From Octopus sinensis (Eukaryota), in the NCBI RefSeq assembly GCF_006345805.1, contig NC_043022.1, forward strand, positions 17,050,001 to 17,114,000: 64,000 nt of DNA, written 5' to 3'. Positions 15,001 to 30,000 of this stretch are shown here, piece after piece (the stretch's first letter is position 1; each line of letters starts with the position of its first letter). A model generated the notes under the pieces. That model saw only the letters and a list, made by a program, of their open reading frames with translations, did not search any database and was not told the origin of the DNA. A program made the translations under genes and the position numbers.

Positions 15001-18000
15001 CGTAAATTTTGGGAAAATGGATTTATTTTTCAATGAAATTTTATGGAAATACCCTTCAAAAGGCATACATTACTATTATAAAGAAATTTGTGGGGGAAAT
15101 CTTTTCCAAAAGTGTAGGGCAAAGGGCTTCGAAAATTCAATAGATCCGACCTTTTCCCTCGTCAATTTTAGGAAAATGGATTTATTTTGCAAACAAATTT
15201 AATGGAAATACCTTTCAGATGGCATACATTACGATTATAAAGAAATTTATGGGGGAAACCTTTTCCAAAAGTGAAGGGCAAAGGGCTTCGAAAATTCAAA
15301 AGATCCGAGGTTTTCCCTCGTAAATTTTGGGAAAATGGATTTATTTTTCAATGAAATTTTATGGAAATACCCTTCAAAAGGCATACATTACTATTATAAA
15401 GAAATTTATGGGGGAAATCTTTTCCAAAGGGTGGGGGAAGGGCTTCGAAAATTCAATAGATCCGACCTTTTCCCTCATCAATTTTAGGAAATGGATTTAT
15501 TTTGCAATGAAATTTTATGGAAATACCTTTCAAATGGCATACATTATGATTATAAAGAAATTTGGGGGGGAAATCTTTCCAAAAGTGTAGGGCAAAGGGC
15601 TTCGAAAATTCAAAAGATCCGAACTTTTCCCTTGTAAATTTTAGGAAAATGGATTTATTTTTCAATGAAATTTTATGGAAATACCTTTCAAATGGCATAC
15701 ATTACGATTATAAAGAAATTTATGGGGGAAATCTTTTCCAAAAGTGTAGGGCAAAGGGCTTCGAAAATTCAAAAGATCCGAGGTTTTCCCTCGTAAATTT
15801 TAGGAAAATGGATTTATTTTTCAATGAAATTTTACGGAAATACCTTTCAAATGGCATACATTACGATTATAAAGAAATTTATGGGGGAAATCTTTTCCAA
15901 AGGGTGGGGGAAAGGGCTTCAAATTCAAAAGATCCGAGCTTTTCCCTCGTAAATTTTAGGAAAATGGATTTATTTTTCAATGAAATTTTATGGAAATACC
16001 CTTCAAAAGGCATACATTACTATTATAAAGAAATTTATGGGGGAAATCTTTTCCAAAAGGGTGGGGGAAAGGGCTTCGAAAATTCAATAGATCCGACCTT
16101 TTTCCCTCGTAAATTTTAGGAAAATGGATTTAATTTCAAAGAAATTTTATGGAAATACCTTTCAAATGGCATACATTACGATTATAAAGAAATTTGTGGG
16201 GAAATTTTCCAAAAGTGTAGGACAAAGGGCTTCGAAAATTCAATAGATCCGACCTTTTTCGCTCGTAAATTTTAGGAAAATGGATTTAATTTTCAATGAA
16301 ATTTTATGGAAATACCTTCAAAAGGCATACATTACTATTATAAAGAAATTTATGGGGGAAATCTTTTCCAAAAGGGTGGGGGAAAGGGCTTCGAAAATTC
16401 AATAGATCCGACCTTTTCCCTCATCAATTTAGGAAAATGGATTTAATTTTCAATGAAATTTTATGGAAATACCTTTCAAATGGCATACATTACGATTATA
16501 AAGAAAATTTGTGGGGGAAATCTTTTCCAAAAGTGTAAGGCAAACGGCTTCGAAAATTCAATAGATCCGACCTTTTTCCTCGTATCGTAAAATTTAAAAT
16601 GGATTTAATTTTCAATGAAATTTTATGGAAATACCTTTCAAATGGCATACATTACGATTATAAAGAAAATTTGGGGGAAATCTTTCCAAAAGTGTAGGGC
16701 AAAGGGCTTCGAAAATTCAATAGATCCGACCTTTTTCCCTCGTAAATTTTAGGAAAATGGATTTAATTTTCAATGAAATTTTATGGAAATACCTTTCAAA
16801 TGGCATACATTACGATTATAAAGAAATTTGTGGGGGAAATCTTTTCCAAAAGTGTAGGGCAGAGGGCTTCGAAAATTCAATAGATCCGACCTTTTTCCCT
16901 CGTAAATTTTAGGAAAATGGATTTAATTTTCAATGAAATTTTATGGAAATACCTTTCAAATGGCATACATTACGATTATAAAGAAATTTGTGGGGGAAAT
17001 CTTTTACAAAAGTGTAAGGCAAAGGGCTTCGAAAATTCAATAGATCCGACCTTTTTCCCTCGTAAATTTTAGGAAAATGGATTTATTTTTCAATGAAATT
17101 TTATGGAAATACCTTTCAAATGGCATACATTACGATTATAAAGAAATTTGTGGGGGAAATCTTTTCCAAAAGTGTAGGGCAAAGGGCTTCGAAAATTCAA
17201 TAGATCCGACCTTTTTCCCTCGTAAATTTTAGGAAAATGGATTTAATTTTCAATGAAATTTTATGGAAATACCTTTCAAATGGCATACATTACGATTATA
17301 AAGAAATTTGTGGGGGAAATCTTTTCCAAAAGTGTAAGGCAAAGGGCTTCGAAAATTCAATAGATCCGACCTTTTTCCCTCGTAAATTTTAGGAAAATGG
17401 ATTTATTTTTCAATGAAATTTTATGGAAATACCTTTCAAATGGCATACATTACGATTATAAAGAAATTTGTGGGGGAAATCTTTTCCAAAAGTGTAGGGC
17501 AAAGGGCTTCGAAAATTCAATAGATCCGACCATTTTCCCTCGTAAATTTTAGGAAAATGGATTTAATTTTCAATGAAATTTTATGGAAATACCTTTCAAA
17601 TGGCATACATTACGATTATAAAGAAATTTGTGGGGGAAATCTTTTCTAAAAGTGTAGGGCAAAGGGCTTCGAAAATTCAATAGATCCGACCTTTTTCCCT
17701 CGTAAATTTTAGGAAAATGGATTTAATTTTCAATGAAATTTTATGGAAATACCTTTCAAATGGCATACATTACGATTATAAAGAAATTTGTGGGGGAAAT
17801 CTTTTCCAAAAGTGTAGGGCAAAGGGCTTCAAAAATTCAATAGATCCGACCTTTTTCCCTCGTAAATTTTAGGAAAATGGATTTAATTTCAATGAAATTT
17901 TATGGAAATACCTTTCAAATGGCATACATTACGATTATAAAGAAATTTGTGGGGGAAATCTTTTCCAAAAGTGTAAGGCAAAGGGCTTCGAAAATTCAAT

Positions 18001-21000
18001 AGATCCGACCTTTTCCCTCATCAATTTTAGGAAAATGGATTTATTTTGTAATGAAATTTTATGGAAATACCTTTCAAATGGCATACATTATGATTATAAA
18101 GAAATTTGTGGGAGAAATCTTTCCAAAAGTGTAGGGCAAAGGGCTTCGAAAATTCAAAAGATCCAAACTTTTCCCTCGTAAATTTTAGGAAAATGGATTT
18201 AATTTTCAATGAAATTTTATGGAAATACCTTTCAAATGGCATACATTATGATTATAAAGAAATTTATGGGGGAAACCTTTTCCAAAAGTGTAGGGCAAAG
18301 GGCTTCGAAAATTCAAAAGATCCGAGGTTTTCCCTCGTAAATTTTAGGAAAATGGATTTATTTTCAATGAAATTTCATGGAAATACCCTTCAAAAGACAT
18401 ACATTACGATTATAAAGAAATGTATGGGGCAAATCTTTTCCAAAAGGGTGGGGGAAAGGGCTTCAAAAATTCAAAAGATCCGAGCTTTTCCCTCGTAAAT
18501 TTTAGGAAAATGGATTTAATTTTCAATGAAATTTTATGGAAATACCTTTCAAATGGCATACATTACGATTATAAAGAAATTTGTGGGGGAAATCTTTTCC
18601 AAAAGTGTAAGGCAAAGGGCTTCGAAAATTCAATAGATCCGACCTTTTTCCCTCGTAAATTTTAGGAAATGGATTTATTTTTCAATGAAATTTTATGGAA
18701 ATACCTTTCAAATGGCATACATTACGATTATAAAGAAATTTGTGGGGGAAATCTTTTCCAAAAGTGTAGGGCAAAGGGCTTCGAAAATTCAATAGATCCG
18801 ACCTTTTTCCCTCGTAAATTTTAGGAAAATGGATTTAATTTTCAATGAAATTTTATGGAAATACCTTTCAAATGGCATACATTACGATTATAAAGAAATT
18901 TGTGGGGGAAATCTTTTCTAAAAGTGTAGGGCAAAAGGCTTCGAAAATTCAATAGATCCGACCTTTTTCCCTCGTAAATTTTAGGAAAATGGATTTAATT
19001 TTCAATGAAATTTTATGGAAATACCTTTCAAATGGCATACATTACGATTATAAAGAAATTTGTGGGGGAAATCTTTTCCAAAAGTGTAGGGCAAAGGGCT
19101 TCGAAAATTCAATAGATCCGACCTTTTTCCCTCGTAAATTTTAGGAAAATGGATTTATTTTTCAATGAAATTTTATGGAAATACCTTTCAAATGGCATAC
19201 ATTACGATTATAAAGAAATTTGTGGGGGAATCTTTTCCAAAAGTGTAGGGCATAGGGCTTCGAAAATTCAATAGATCCGACCTTTTCCCTCGTAAATTTT
19301 AGGAAAATGGATTTAATTTTCAATGAAATTTTATGGAAATACCTTTCAAATGGCATACATTACGATTATAAAGAAATTTGTGGGGGAAATCTTTTCCAAA
19401 AGTGTAAGGCAAAGGGCTTCGAAAATTCAATAGATCCGACCTTTTTTCCTCGTAAATTTTAGGAAAATGGATTTATTTTTCAATGAAATTTTATGGAAAT
19501 ACCTTTCAAATGGCATACATTACGATTATAAAGAAATTGTGGGGGAAATCTTTTCCAAAAGTGTAGGGCAAAGGGCTTCGAAAATTCAATAGATCCGACC
19601 TTTTTCCCTCGTAAATTTTAGGAAAATGGATTTAATTTTCAATGAAATTTTATGGAAATACCTTTCAAATGGCATACATTACGATTATAAAGAAATTTGT
19701 GGGGGAAATCTTTTCCAAAAGTGTAAGGCAAAGGGCTTCGAAAATTCAATAGATCCGAACTTTTTCCCTCGTAAATTTTAGGAAAATGGATTTATTTTTC
19801 AATGAAATTTTATGGAAATACCTTTCAAATGGCATACATTACGATTATAAAGAAATTTGTGGGGGAAATCTTTTCCAGAAGTGTAAGGCAAAGGGCTTCG
19901 AAAATTCAATAGATCCGACCTTTTTCCCTCGTAAATTTTAGGAAAATGGATTTATTTTTCAATGAAATTTTATGGAAATACCTTTCAAATGGCATACATT
20001 ACGATTATAAAGAAATTTGTGGGGAAATCTTTTTCAAAAGTGTAGGGCAAAGGGCTTCGAAAATTCAATAGATCCGACCTTTTCCCTCGTCAATTTTAGG
20101 AAAATGGATTTATTTTGCAAACAAATTTTATGGAAATACCTTTCAGATGGCATACATTACGATTATAAGAAATTTATGGGGGAAACCTTTTCCAAAAGTG
20201 AAGGGCAAAGGGCTTCGAAAATTCAAAAGATCCGAGGTTTTCCCTCGTAAATTTTGGGAAAATGGATTTATTTTTCAATGAAATTTTATGGAAATACCCT
20301 TCAAAAGGCATACATTACTATTATAAAGAAATTTGGGGGGAAATCTTTTCCAAAAGTGTAGGGCAAAGGGCTTCGAAAATTCAATAGATCCGACCTTTTC
20401 CCTCGTCAATTTTAGGAAAATGGATTTATTTTGCAAACAAATTTTATGGAAATACCTTTCAGATGGCATACATTACGATTATAAAGAAATTTATGGGGGA
20501 AACCTTTTCCAAAAGTGAAGGGCAAAGGGCTTCGAAAATTCAAAAGATCCGAGGTTTTCCCTCGTAATTTTGGGAAAATGGATTTATTTTTCAATGAAAT
20601 TTTATGGAAATACCCTTCAAAAGGCATACATTACTATTATAAAGAAATTTATGGGGGAAATCTTTTCCAAAAGGGTGGGTGAAAGGGCTTCGAAAATTCA
20701 ATAGATCCGACCTTTTCCCTCATCAATTTTAGGAAAATGGATTTATTTTGCAATGAAATTTTATGGAAATACCTTTCAAATGGCATACATTATGATTATA
20801 AAGAAATTTGTGGGGGAAATCTTTTCCAAAAGTGTAGGGCAAAGGGCTTCGAAAATTCAAAAGATCCGACCTTTTTCCCTCGTAAATTTTAGGAAAATGG
20901 ATTTATTTTTCAATGAAATTTTATGGAAATACCTTTCAAATGGCATACATTACGATTATAAAGAAATTTATGGGGCAAATCTTTTCCAAAAGTGTAGGGC

Positions 21001-24000
21001 AAAGGGCTTCGAAAATTCAAAAGATCCGAACTTTTCCCTCGTAAATTTTAGGAAAATGGATTTATTTTCAATGAAATTTTACGGAAATACCTTTCAAATG
21101 GCATACATTACGATTATAAAGAAATTTATGGGGCAAATCTTTTCCAAAAGGGTGTAAAGGGCTTCGAAAATCCAAAAGATCCGACTTTTTCCCTCGTAAA
21201 TTTTAGGAAAATGGATTTATTTTGCAATGAAATTTTATGGAAATACCTTTCAAATGGCATACATTACGATTATAAAGAAATTGTGGGGGGAAATCTTTTC
21301 CAAAAGTGTAGGGCAAAGGGCTTCGAAAATTCAATAGATCCGACCTTTTCCCTCGTCAATTTTAGGAAAATGGATTTATTTTGCAAACAAATTTTATGGA
21401 AATACCTTTCAGATGGCATACATTACGATTATAAGAAATTTATGGGGGAAACCTTTTCCAAAAGTGAAGGGCAAGGGCTTCGAAAATTCAAAAGATCCGA
21501 GGTTTTCCCTCGTAAATTTTGGGAAAATGGATTTATTTTTCAATGAAATTTTATGGAAATACCCTTCAAAAGGCATACATTACTATTATAAAGAAATTTG
21601 TGGGGGAAATCTTTTCCAAAAGTGTAGGGCAAAGGGCTTCGAAAATTCAATAGATCCGACCTTTTCCCTCGTCAATTTTAGGAAAATGGATTTATTTTTC
21701 AAACAAATTTTATGGAAATACCTTTCAGATGGCATACATTACGATTATAAAGAAATTTATGGGGGAAACCTTTTCCAAAAGTGAAGGGCAAAGGGCTTCG
21801 AAAATTCAAAAGATCCGAGGTTTTCCCTCGTAAATTTTGGGAAAATGGATTTATTTTTCAATGAAATTTTATGGAAATACCCTTCAAAAGGCATACATTA
21901 CTATTATAAAGAAATTTATGGGGGAAATCTTTTCCAAAAGGTGGGGAAAGGGCTTCGAAAATTCAATAGATCCGACCTTTTCCCTCATCAATTTTAGGAA
22001 AATGGATTTATTTTGCAATGAAATTTTATGGAAATACCTTTCAAATGGCATACATTATGATTATAAAGAAATTTGTGGGGGAAATCTTTTCCAAAAGTGT
22101 AGGGCAAAGGGCTTCGAAAATTCAAAAGATCCGAACTTTTCCCTTGTAAATTTTAGGAAAATGGATTTATTTTTCAATGAAATTTTATGGAAATACCTTT
22201 CAAATGGCATACATTACGATTATAAAGAAATTTATGGGGCAAATCTTTTCCAAAAGTGTAGGGCAAAGGGCTTCGAAAATTCAAAAGATCCGAACTTTTC
22301 CCTCGTAAATTTTAGGAAAATGGATTTATTTTTCAATGAAATTTTACGGAAATACCTTTCAAATGGCATACATTACGATTATAAAGAAATTTATGGGGGA
22401 AATCTTTTCCAAAAGGGTGGGGGAAAGGGCTTCAAAAATTCAAAAGATCCGAGCTTTTCCCTCGTAAATTTTAGGAAAATGGATTTATTTTTCAATGAAA
22501 TTTTATGGAAATACCCTTCAAAAGGCATACATTACTATTATAAAGAAATTTGTGGGGGAAATCTTTTCCAAAAGGGTGGGGGAAAGGGCTTCGAAAATTC
22601 AATAGATCCGACCTTTTTCCCTCGTAAATTTTAGGAAAATGGATTTAATTTTCAAAGAAATTTTATGGAAATACCTTTCAAATGGCATACATTACGATTA
22701 TAAAGAAATTTGTGGGGGAAATCTTTTCCAAAAGTGTAGGACAAAGGGCTTCGAAAATTCAATAGATCCGACCTTTTTCGCTCGTAAATTTTAGGAAAAT
22801 GGATTTAATTTTCAATGAAATTTTATGGAAATACCCTTCAAAAGGCATACATTACTATTATAAAGAAATTTATGGGGGAAATCTTTTCCAAAAGGGTGGG
22901 GGAAAGGGCTTCGAAAATTCAATAGATCCGACCTTTTCCCTCATCAATTTTAGGAAAATGGATTTAATTTTCAATGAAATTTTATGGAAATACCTTTCAA
23001 ATGGCATACATTACGATTATAAAGAAATTTGTGGGGGAAATCTTTTCCAAAAGTGTAAGGCAAACGGCTTCGAAAATTCAATAGATCCGACCTTTTTCCC
23101 TCGTAAATTTTAGGAAAATGGATTTAATTTTCAATGAAATTTTATGGAAATACCTTTCAAATGGCATACATTACGATTATAAAGAAATTTGTGGGGAAAT
23201 CTTTTCCAAAAGTGTAGGCAAAGAGCTTCGAAAATTCAATAGATCCGACCTTTTTCCCTCGTAAATTTTAGGAAAATGGATTTAATTTTCAATGAAATTT
23301 TATGGAAATACCTTTCAAATGGCATACATTACGATTATAAAGAAATTTGTGGGGAAATCTTTTCCAAAAGTGTAGGGCAAAGGGCTTCGAAAATTCAATA
23401 GATCCGACCTTTTTCCCTCGTAAATTTTAGGAAAATGGATTTAATTTTCAATGAAATTTTATGGAAATACCTTTCAATGGCATACATTACGATTATAAAG
23501 AAATTTGTGGGGAAATCTTTTCCAAAAGTGTAGGGCAGAGGGCTTCGAAAATTCAATAGATCCGACCTTTTTCCCTCGTAAATTTTAGGAAAATGGATTT
23601 AATTTTCAATGAAATTTTATGGAAATACCTTTCAAATGGCATACATTACGATTATAAAGAAATTTGGGGGGAAATCTTTTACAAAAGTGTAAGGCAAAGG
23701 GCTTCGAAAATTCAATAGATCCGACCTTTTTCCCTCGTAAATTTTAGGAAAATGGATTTATTTTTCAATGAAATTTTATGGAAATACCTTTCAAATGGCA
23801 TACATTACGATTATAAAGAAATTTGTGGGGAAATCTTTTCCAAAAGTGTAGGGCAAAGGGCTTCGAAAATTCAATAGATCCGACCTTTTTCCCTCGTAAA
23901 TTTTAGGAAAATGGATTTAATTTTCAATGAAATTTTATGGAAATACCTTTCAAATGGCATACATTACGATTATAAAGAAATTTGTGGGGGAAATCTTTTC

Positions 24001-27000
24001 CAAAAGTGTAAGGCAAAGGCTTCGAAAATTCAATAGATCCGACCTTTTCCCTCGTAAATTTTAGGAAAATGATTTATTTTCAATGAAATTTTATGGAAAT
24101 ACCTTTCAAATGGCATACATTACGATTATAAAGAAATTTGTGGGGGAAATCTTTTCCAAAAGTGTAGGGCAAAGGGCTTCGAAAATTCAATAGATCCGAC
24201 CATTTTCCCTCGTAAATTTTAGGAAAATGGATTTATTTTCAATGAAATTTTATGGAAATACCTTTCAAATGGCATACATTACGATTATAAAGAAATTGTG
24301 GGGGGAAATCTTTTCCAAAAGTGTAGGGCAAAGGGCTTCGAAAATTCAATAGATCCGACCTTTTTCCCTCGTAAATTTAGGAAAATGGATTTAATTTTCA
24401 ATGAAATTTTATGGAAATACCTTTCAAATGGCATACATTACGATTATAAAGAAATTTGTGGGGAAATCTTTTCCAAAAGTGTAGGCAAAGGGCTTCGAAA
24501 ATTCAATAGATCCGACCTTTTCCCTCATCAATTTTAGGAAAATGGATTTATTTTGTAATGAAATTTTATGGAAATACCTTTCAAATGGCATACATTATGA
24601 TTATAAAGAAATTTGTGGGAGAAATCTTTTCCAAAAGTGTAGGGCAAAGGGCTTCGAAAATTCAAAAGATCCAAACTTTTCCCTCGTAAATTTTAGGAAA
24701 ATGGATTTAATTTTCAATGAAATTTTATGGAAATACCTTTCAAATGGCATACATTATGATTATAAAGAAATTTATGGGGGAAACCTTTTCCAAAAGTGTA
24801 GGGCAAAGGGCTTCGAAAATTCAAAAGATCCGAGGTTTTCCCTCGTAAATTTTAGGAAAATGGATTTATTTTTCAATGAAATTTCATGGAAATACCCTTC
24901 AAAAGACATACATTACGATTATAAAGAAATGTATGGGGCAAATCTTTTCCAAAAGGGTGGGGGAAAGGGCTTCAAAAATTCAAAAGATCCGAGCTTTTCC
25001 CTCGTAAATTTTAGGAAAATGGATTTAATTTTCAATGAAATTTTATGGAAATACCTTTCAAATGGCATACATTACGATTATAAAGAAATTTGTGGGGGAA
25101 ATCTTTTCCAAAAGTGTAAGGCAAGGGCTTCGAAAATTCAATAGATCCGACCTTTTCCCTCGTAAATTTTAGGAAAATGGATTTATTTTTCAATGAAATT
25201 TTATGGAAATACCTTTCAAATGGCATACATTACGATTATAAAGAAATTTGTGGGGAAATCTTTTCCAAAAGTGTAGGGCAAAGGGCTTCGAAAATTCAAT
25301 AGATCCGACCTTTTCCCTCGTAAATTTTAGGAAAATGGATTTAATTTTCAATGAAATTTTATGGAAATACCTTTCAAATGGCATACATTACGATTATAAA
25401 GAAATTTGTGGGGGAAATCTTTTCTAAAAGTGTAGGGCAAAGGGCTTCGAAAATTCAATAGATCCGACCTTTTTCCCTCGTAATTTTAGGAAAATGGATT
25501 TAATTTTCAATGAAATTTTATGGAAATACCTTTCAAATGGCATACATTACGATTATAAAGAAATTTGTGGGGAAATCTTTTCCAAAAGTGTAGGGCAAAG
25601 GGCTTCGAAAATTCAATAGATCCGACCTTTTTCCCTCGTAAATTTTAGGAAAATGGATTTAATTTTCAATGAAATTTTATGGAAATACCTTTCAAATGGC
25701 ATACATTACGATTCTAAAGAAATTTGTGGGGAAATCTTTTCCAAAAGTGTAGGGCAAAGGGCTTCGAAAATTCAATAGATCCGACCTTTTTCCCTCGTAA
25801 ATTTTAGGAAAATGGATTTAATTTTCAATGAAATTTTATGGAAATACCTTTCAAATGGCATACATTACGATTATAAAAATTTGTGGGGGAAATCTTTTCC
25901 AAAAGTGTAAGGCAAAGGGCTTCGAAAATTCAATAGATCCGACCTTTTTCCCTCGTAAATTTTAGGAAAATGGATTTATTTTTCAATGAAATTTTATGGA
26001 AATACCTTTCAAATGGCATACATTACGATTATAAAGAAATTTGTGGGGGAAATCTTTTCCAGAAGTGTAAGGCAAAGGGCTTCGAAAATTCAATAGATCC
26101 GACCTTTTCCCTCGTAAATTTTAGGAAAATGGATTTATTTTCAATGAAATTTTATGGAAATACCTTTCAAATGGCATACATTACGATTATAAAGAAATTT
26201 GTGGGGGAAATCTTTTCCAAAAGTGTAGGGCAAAGGGCTTCGAAAATTCAATAGATCCGACCTTTTTCCCTCGTAAATTTTAGGAAAATGGATTTAATTT
26301 TCAATGAAATTTTATGGAAATACCTTTCAAATGGCATACATTACGATTATAAAGAAATTTGTGGGGGAAATCTTTTCCAAAAGTGTAAGGCAAAGGGCTT
26401 CGAAAATTCAATAGATCCGACCTTTTCCCTCATCAATTTTAGGAAAATGGATTTATTTTGTAATGAAATTTTATGGAAATACCTTTCAAATGGCATACAT
26501 TATGATTATAAAGAAATTTGTGGGAGAAATCTTTTCCAAAAGTGTAGGGCAAAGGGCTTCGAAAATTCAAAAGATCCAAACTTTTCCCTCGTAAATTTTA
26601 GGAAAATGGATTTAATTTTCAATGAAATTTTATGGAAATACCTTTCAAATGGCATACATTATGATTATAAAGAAATTTATGGGGGAACCTTTTCCAAAAG
26701 TGTAGGGCAAGGGCTTCGAAAATTCAAAAGATCCGAGGTTTTCCCTCGTAAATTTTAGGAAAATGGATTTATTTTTCAATGAAATTTCATGGAAATACCC
26801 TTCAAAAGACATACATTACGATTATAAAGAAATGTGGGGCAAATCTTTTCCAAAAGGGTGGGGAAAGGGCTTCAAAAATTCAAAAGATCCGAGCTTTTCC
26901 CTCGTAAATTTTAGGAAAATGGATTTAATTTTCAATGAAATTTTATGGAAATACCTTTCAAATGGCATACATTACGATTATAAAGAAATTTGTGGGGGAA

Positions 27001-30000
27001 ATCTTTTCCAAAAGTGTAAGGCAAAGGGCTTCGAAAATTCAATAGATCCGACCTTTTTCCCTCGTAAATTTTAGGAAAATGGATTTATTTTTCAATGAAA
27101 TTTTATGGAAATACCTTTCAAATGGCATACATTACGATTATAAAGAAATTTGTGGGGGAAATCTTTTCCAAAAGTGTAGGGCAAAGGGCTTCGAAAATTC
27201 AATAGATCCGACCTTTTTCCCTCGTAAATTTTAGGAAAATGGATTTAATTTTCAATGAAATTTTATGGAAATACCTTTCAAATGGCATACATTACGATTA
27301 TAAAGAAATTTGTGGGGAAATCTTTTCTAAAAGTGTAGGCAAAGGGCTTCGAAAATTCAATAGATCCGACCTTTTTCCCTCGTAAATTTTAGGAAAATGG
27401 ATTTAATTTTCAATGAAATTTTATGGAAATACCTTTCAAATGGCATACATTACGATTATAAAGAAATTTGTGGGGGAATCTTTTCCAAAAGTGTAGGGCA
27501 AAGGGCTTCGAAAATTCAATAGATCCGACCTTTTTCCCTCGTAAATTTTAGGAAAATGGATTTAATTTTCAATGAAATTTTATGGAAATACCTTTCAAAT
27601 GGCATACATTACGATTCTAAAGAAATTTGTGGGGGAAATCTTTTCCAAAAGTGTAGGGCAAAGGGCTTCGAAAATTCAATAGATCCGACCTTTTCCCTCG
27701 TAAATTTTAGGAAAATGGATTTAATTTTCAATGAAATTTTATGGAAATACCTTTCAAATGGCATACATTACGATTATAAAGAAATTTGTGGGGGAAATCT
27801 TTTCCAAAAGTGTAAGGCAAAGGGCTTCGAAAATTCAATAGATCCGACCTTTTTCCCTCGTAAATTTTAGGAAAATGGATTTATTTTTCAATGAAATTTT
27901 ATGGAAATACCTTTCAAATGGCATACATTACGATTATAAAGAAATTTGTGGGGGAAATCTTTTCCAGAAGTGTAGGCAAAGGGCTTCGAAAATTCAATAG
28001 ATCCGACCTTTTTCCCTCGTAAATTTTAGGAAAATGGATTTATTTTTCAATGAAATTTTATGGAAATACCTTTCAAATGGCATACATTACGATTATAAAG
28101 AAATTTGTGGGGGAAATCTTTTCCAAAAGTGTAGGCAAAGGGCTTCGAAAATTCAATAGATCCGACCTTTTTCCCTCGTAAATTTTAGGAAAATGGATTT
28201 AATTTTCAATGAAATTTTATGGAAATACCTTTCAAATGGCATACATTACGATTATAAAGAAATTTGTGGGGGAAATCTTTTCCAAAAGTGTAGGCAAAGG
28301 GCTTCGAAAATTCAATAGATCCGACCTTTTTCCCTCGTAAATTTTAGGAAAATGGATTTATTTTTCAATGAAATTTTATGGAAATACCTTTCAAATGGCA
28401 TACATTACGATTATAAAGAAATTTGTGGGGGAAATCTTTTCCAAAAGTGTAGGGCAAAGGGCTTCGAAAATTCAATAGATCCGACCTTTTTCCCTCGTAA
28501 ATTTTAGGAAAATGGATTTAATTTTCAATGAAATTTTATGGAAATACCTTTCAAATGGCATACAGTACGATTATAAAGAAATTTGTGGGGGAAATCTTTT
28601 CCAAAAGTGTAGGGCAAAGGGCTTCGAAAATTCAATAGATCCGACCTTTTTCCCTCGTAAATTTTAGGAAAATGGATTTAATTTTCAATGAAATTTTATG
28701 GAAATACCTTTCAAATGGCATACATTACGATTATAAAGAAATTTGTGGGGGAAATCTTTTCCAAAAGTGTAAGGCAAAGGGCTTCGAAAATTCAATAGAT
28801 CCGACCTTTTTCCCTCGTAAATTTTAGGAAAATGGATTTAATTTTCAATGAAATTTTATGGAAATACCTTTCAAATGGCATACAGTACGATTATAAAGAA
28901 ATTTGTGGGGGAAATCTTTTCCAAAAGTGTAGGGCAAAGGGCTTCGAAAATTCAATAGATCCGACCTTTTTCCCTCGTAAATTTTAGGAAAATGGATTTA
29001 ATTTTCAATGAAATTTTGGAAATACCTTTCAAATGGCATACATTACGATTATAAAGAAATTTGTGGGGGAAATCTTTTCCAAAAGGGTAAGGCAAAGGGC
29101 TTCGAAAATTCAATAGATCCACCTTTTCCCTCGTAAATTTTAGGAAAATGGATTTAATTTTCAATGAAATTTTATGGAAATACCTTTCAAATGGCATACA
29201 TTACGATTATAAAGAAATTTGTGGGGGAAATCTTTTCCAAAAGTGTAGGGCAAAGGGCTTCGAAAATTCAATAGATCCGCCTTTTTCCCTCGTAAATTTT
29301 AGGAAAAGGAAATGGATTATTTTTCAATGAATTTTATGGAAATACCTTTCAAATGGCATACATTACGATTATAAAGAAATTTGTGGGGGGGAAATCTTTT
29401 CCAGAAGTGTAAGGCAAAGGGCTTCGAAAATTCAATAGATCCGACCTTTTTCCCTCGTAAATTTTAGGAAAATGGATTTATTTTTCAATGAAATTTTATG
29501 GAAATACCTTTCAAATGGCATACATTACGATTATAAAGAAATTTGTGGGGGAAATCTTTTCCAAAAGTGTAGGGCAAAGGGCTTCGAAAATTCAATAGAT
29601 CCGACCTTTTTCCCTCGTAAATTTTAGGAAAATGGATTTAATTTTCAATGAATTTTATGGAAATACCTTTCAAATGGCATACATTACGATATAAGAAATT
29701 TGTGGGGGAAATCTTTTCCAAAAGTGTAAGGCAAAGGGCTTCGAAAATTCAATAGATCCGACCTTTTTCCCTCGTAAATTTTAGGAAAATGGATTTATTT
29801 TTCAATGAATTTTATGGAAATACCTTTCAAATGGCATACATTACGATTATAAAGAAATTTGTGGGGGAAATCTTTTCCAAAAGTGTAGGGCAAAGGGCTT
29901 CGAAAATTCAATAGATCCGACCTTTTTCCTCGTAAATTTTAGGAAAATGGATTTAATTTTCAATGAAATTTTATGGAAATACCTTTCAAATGGCATACAG

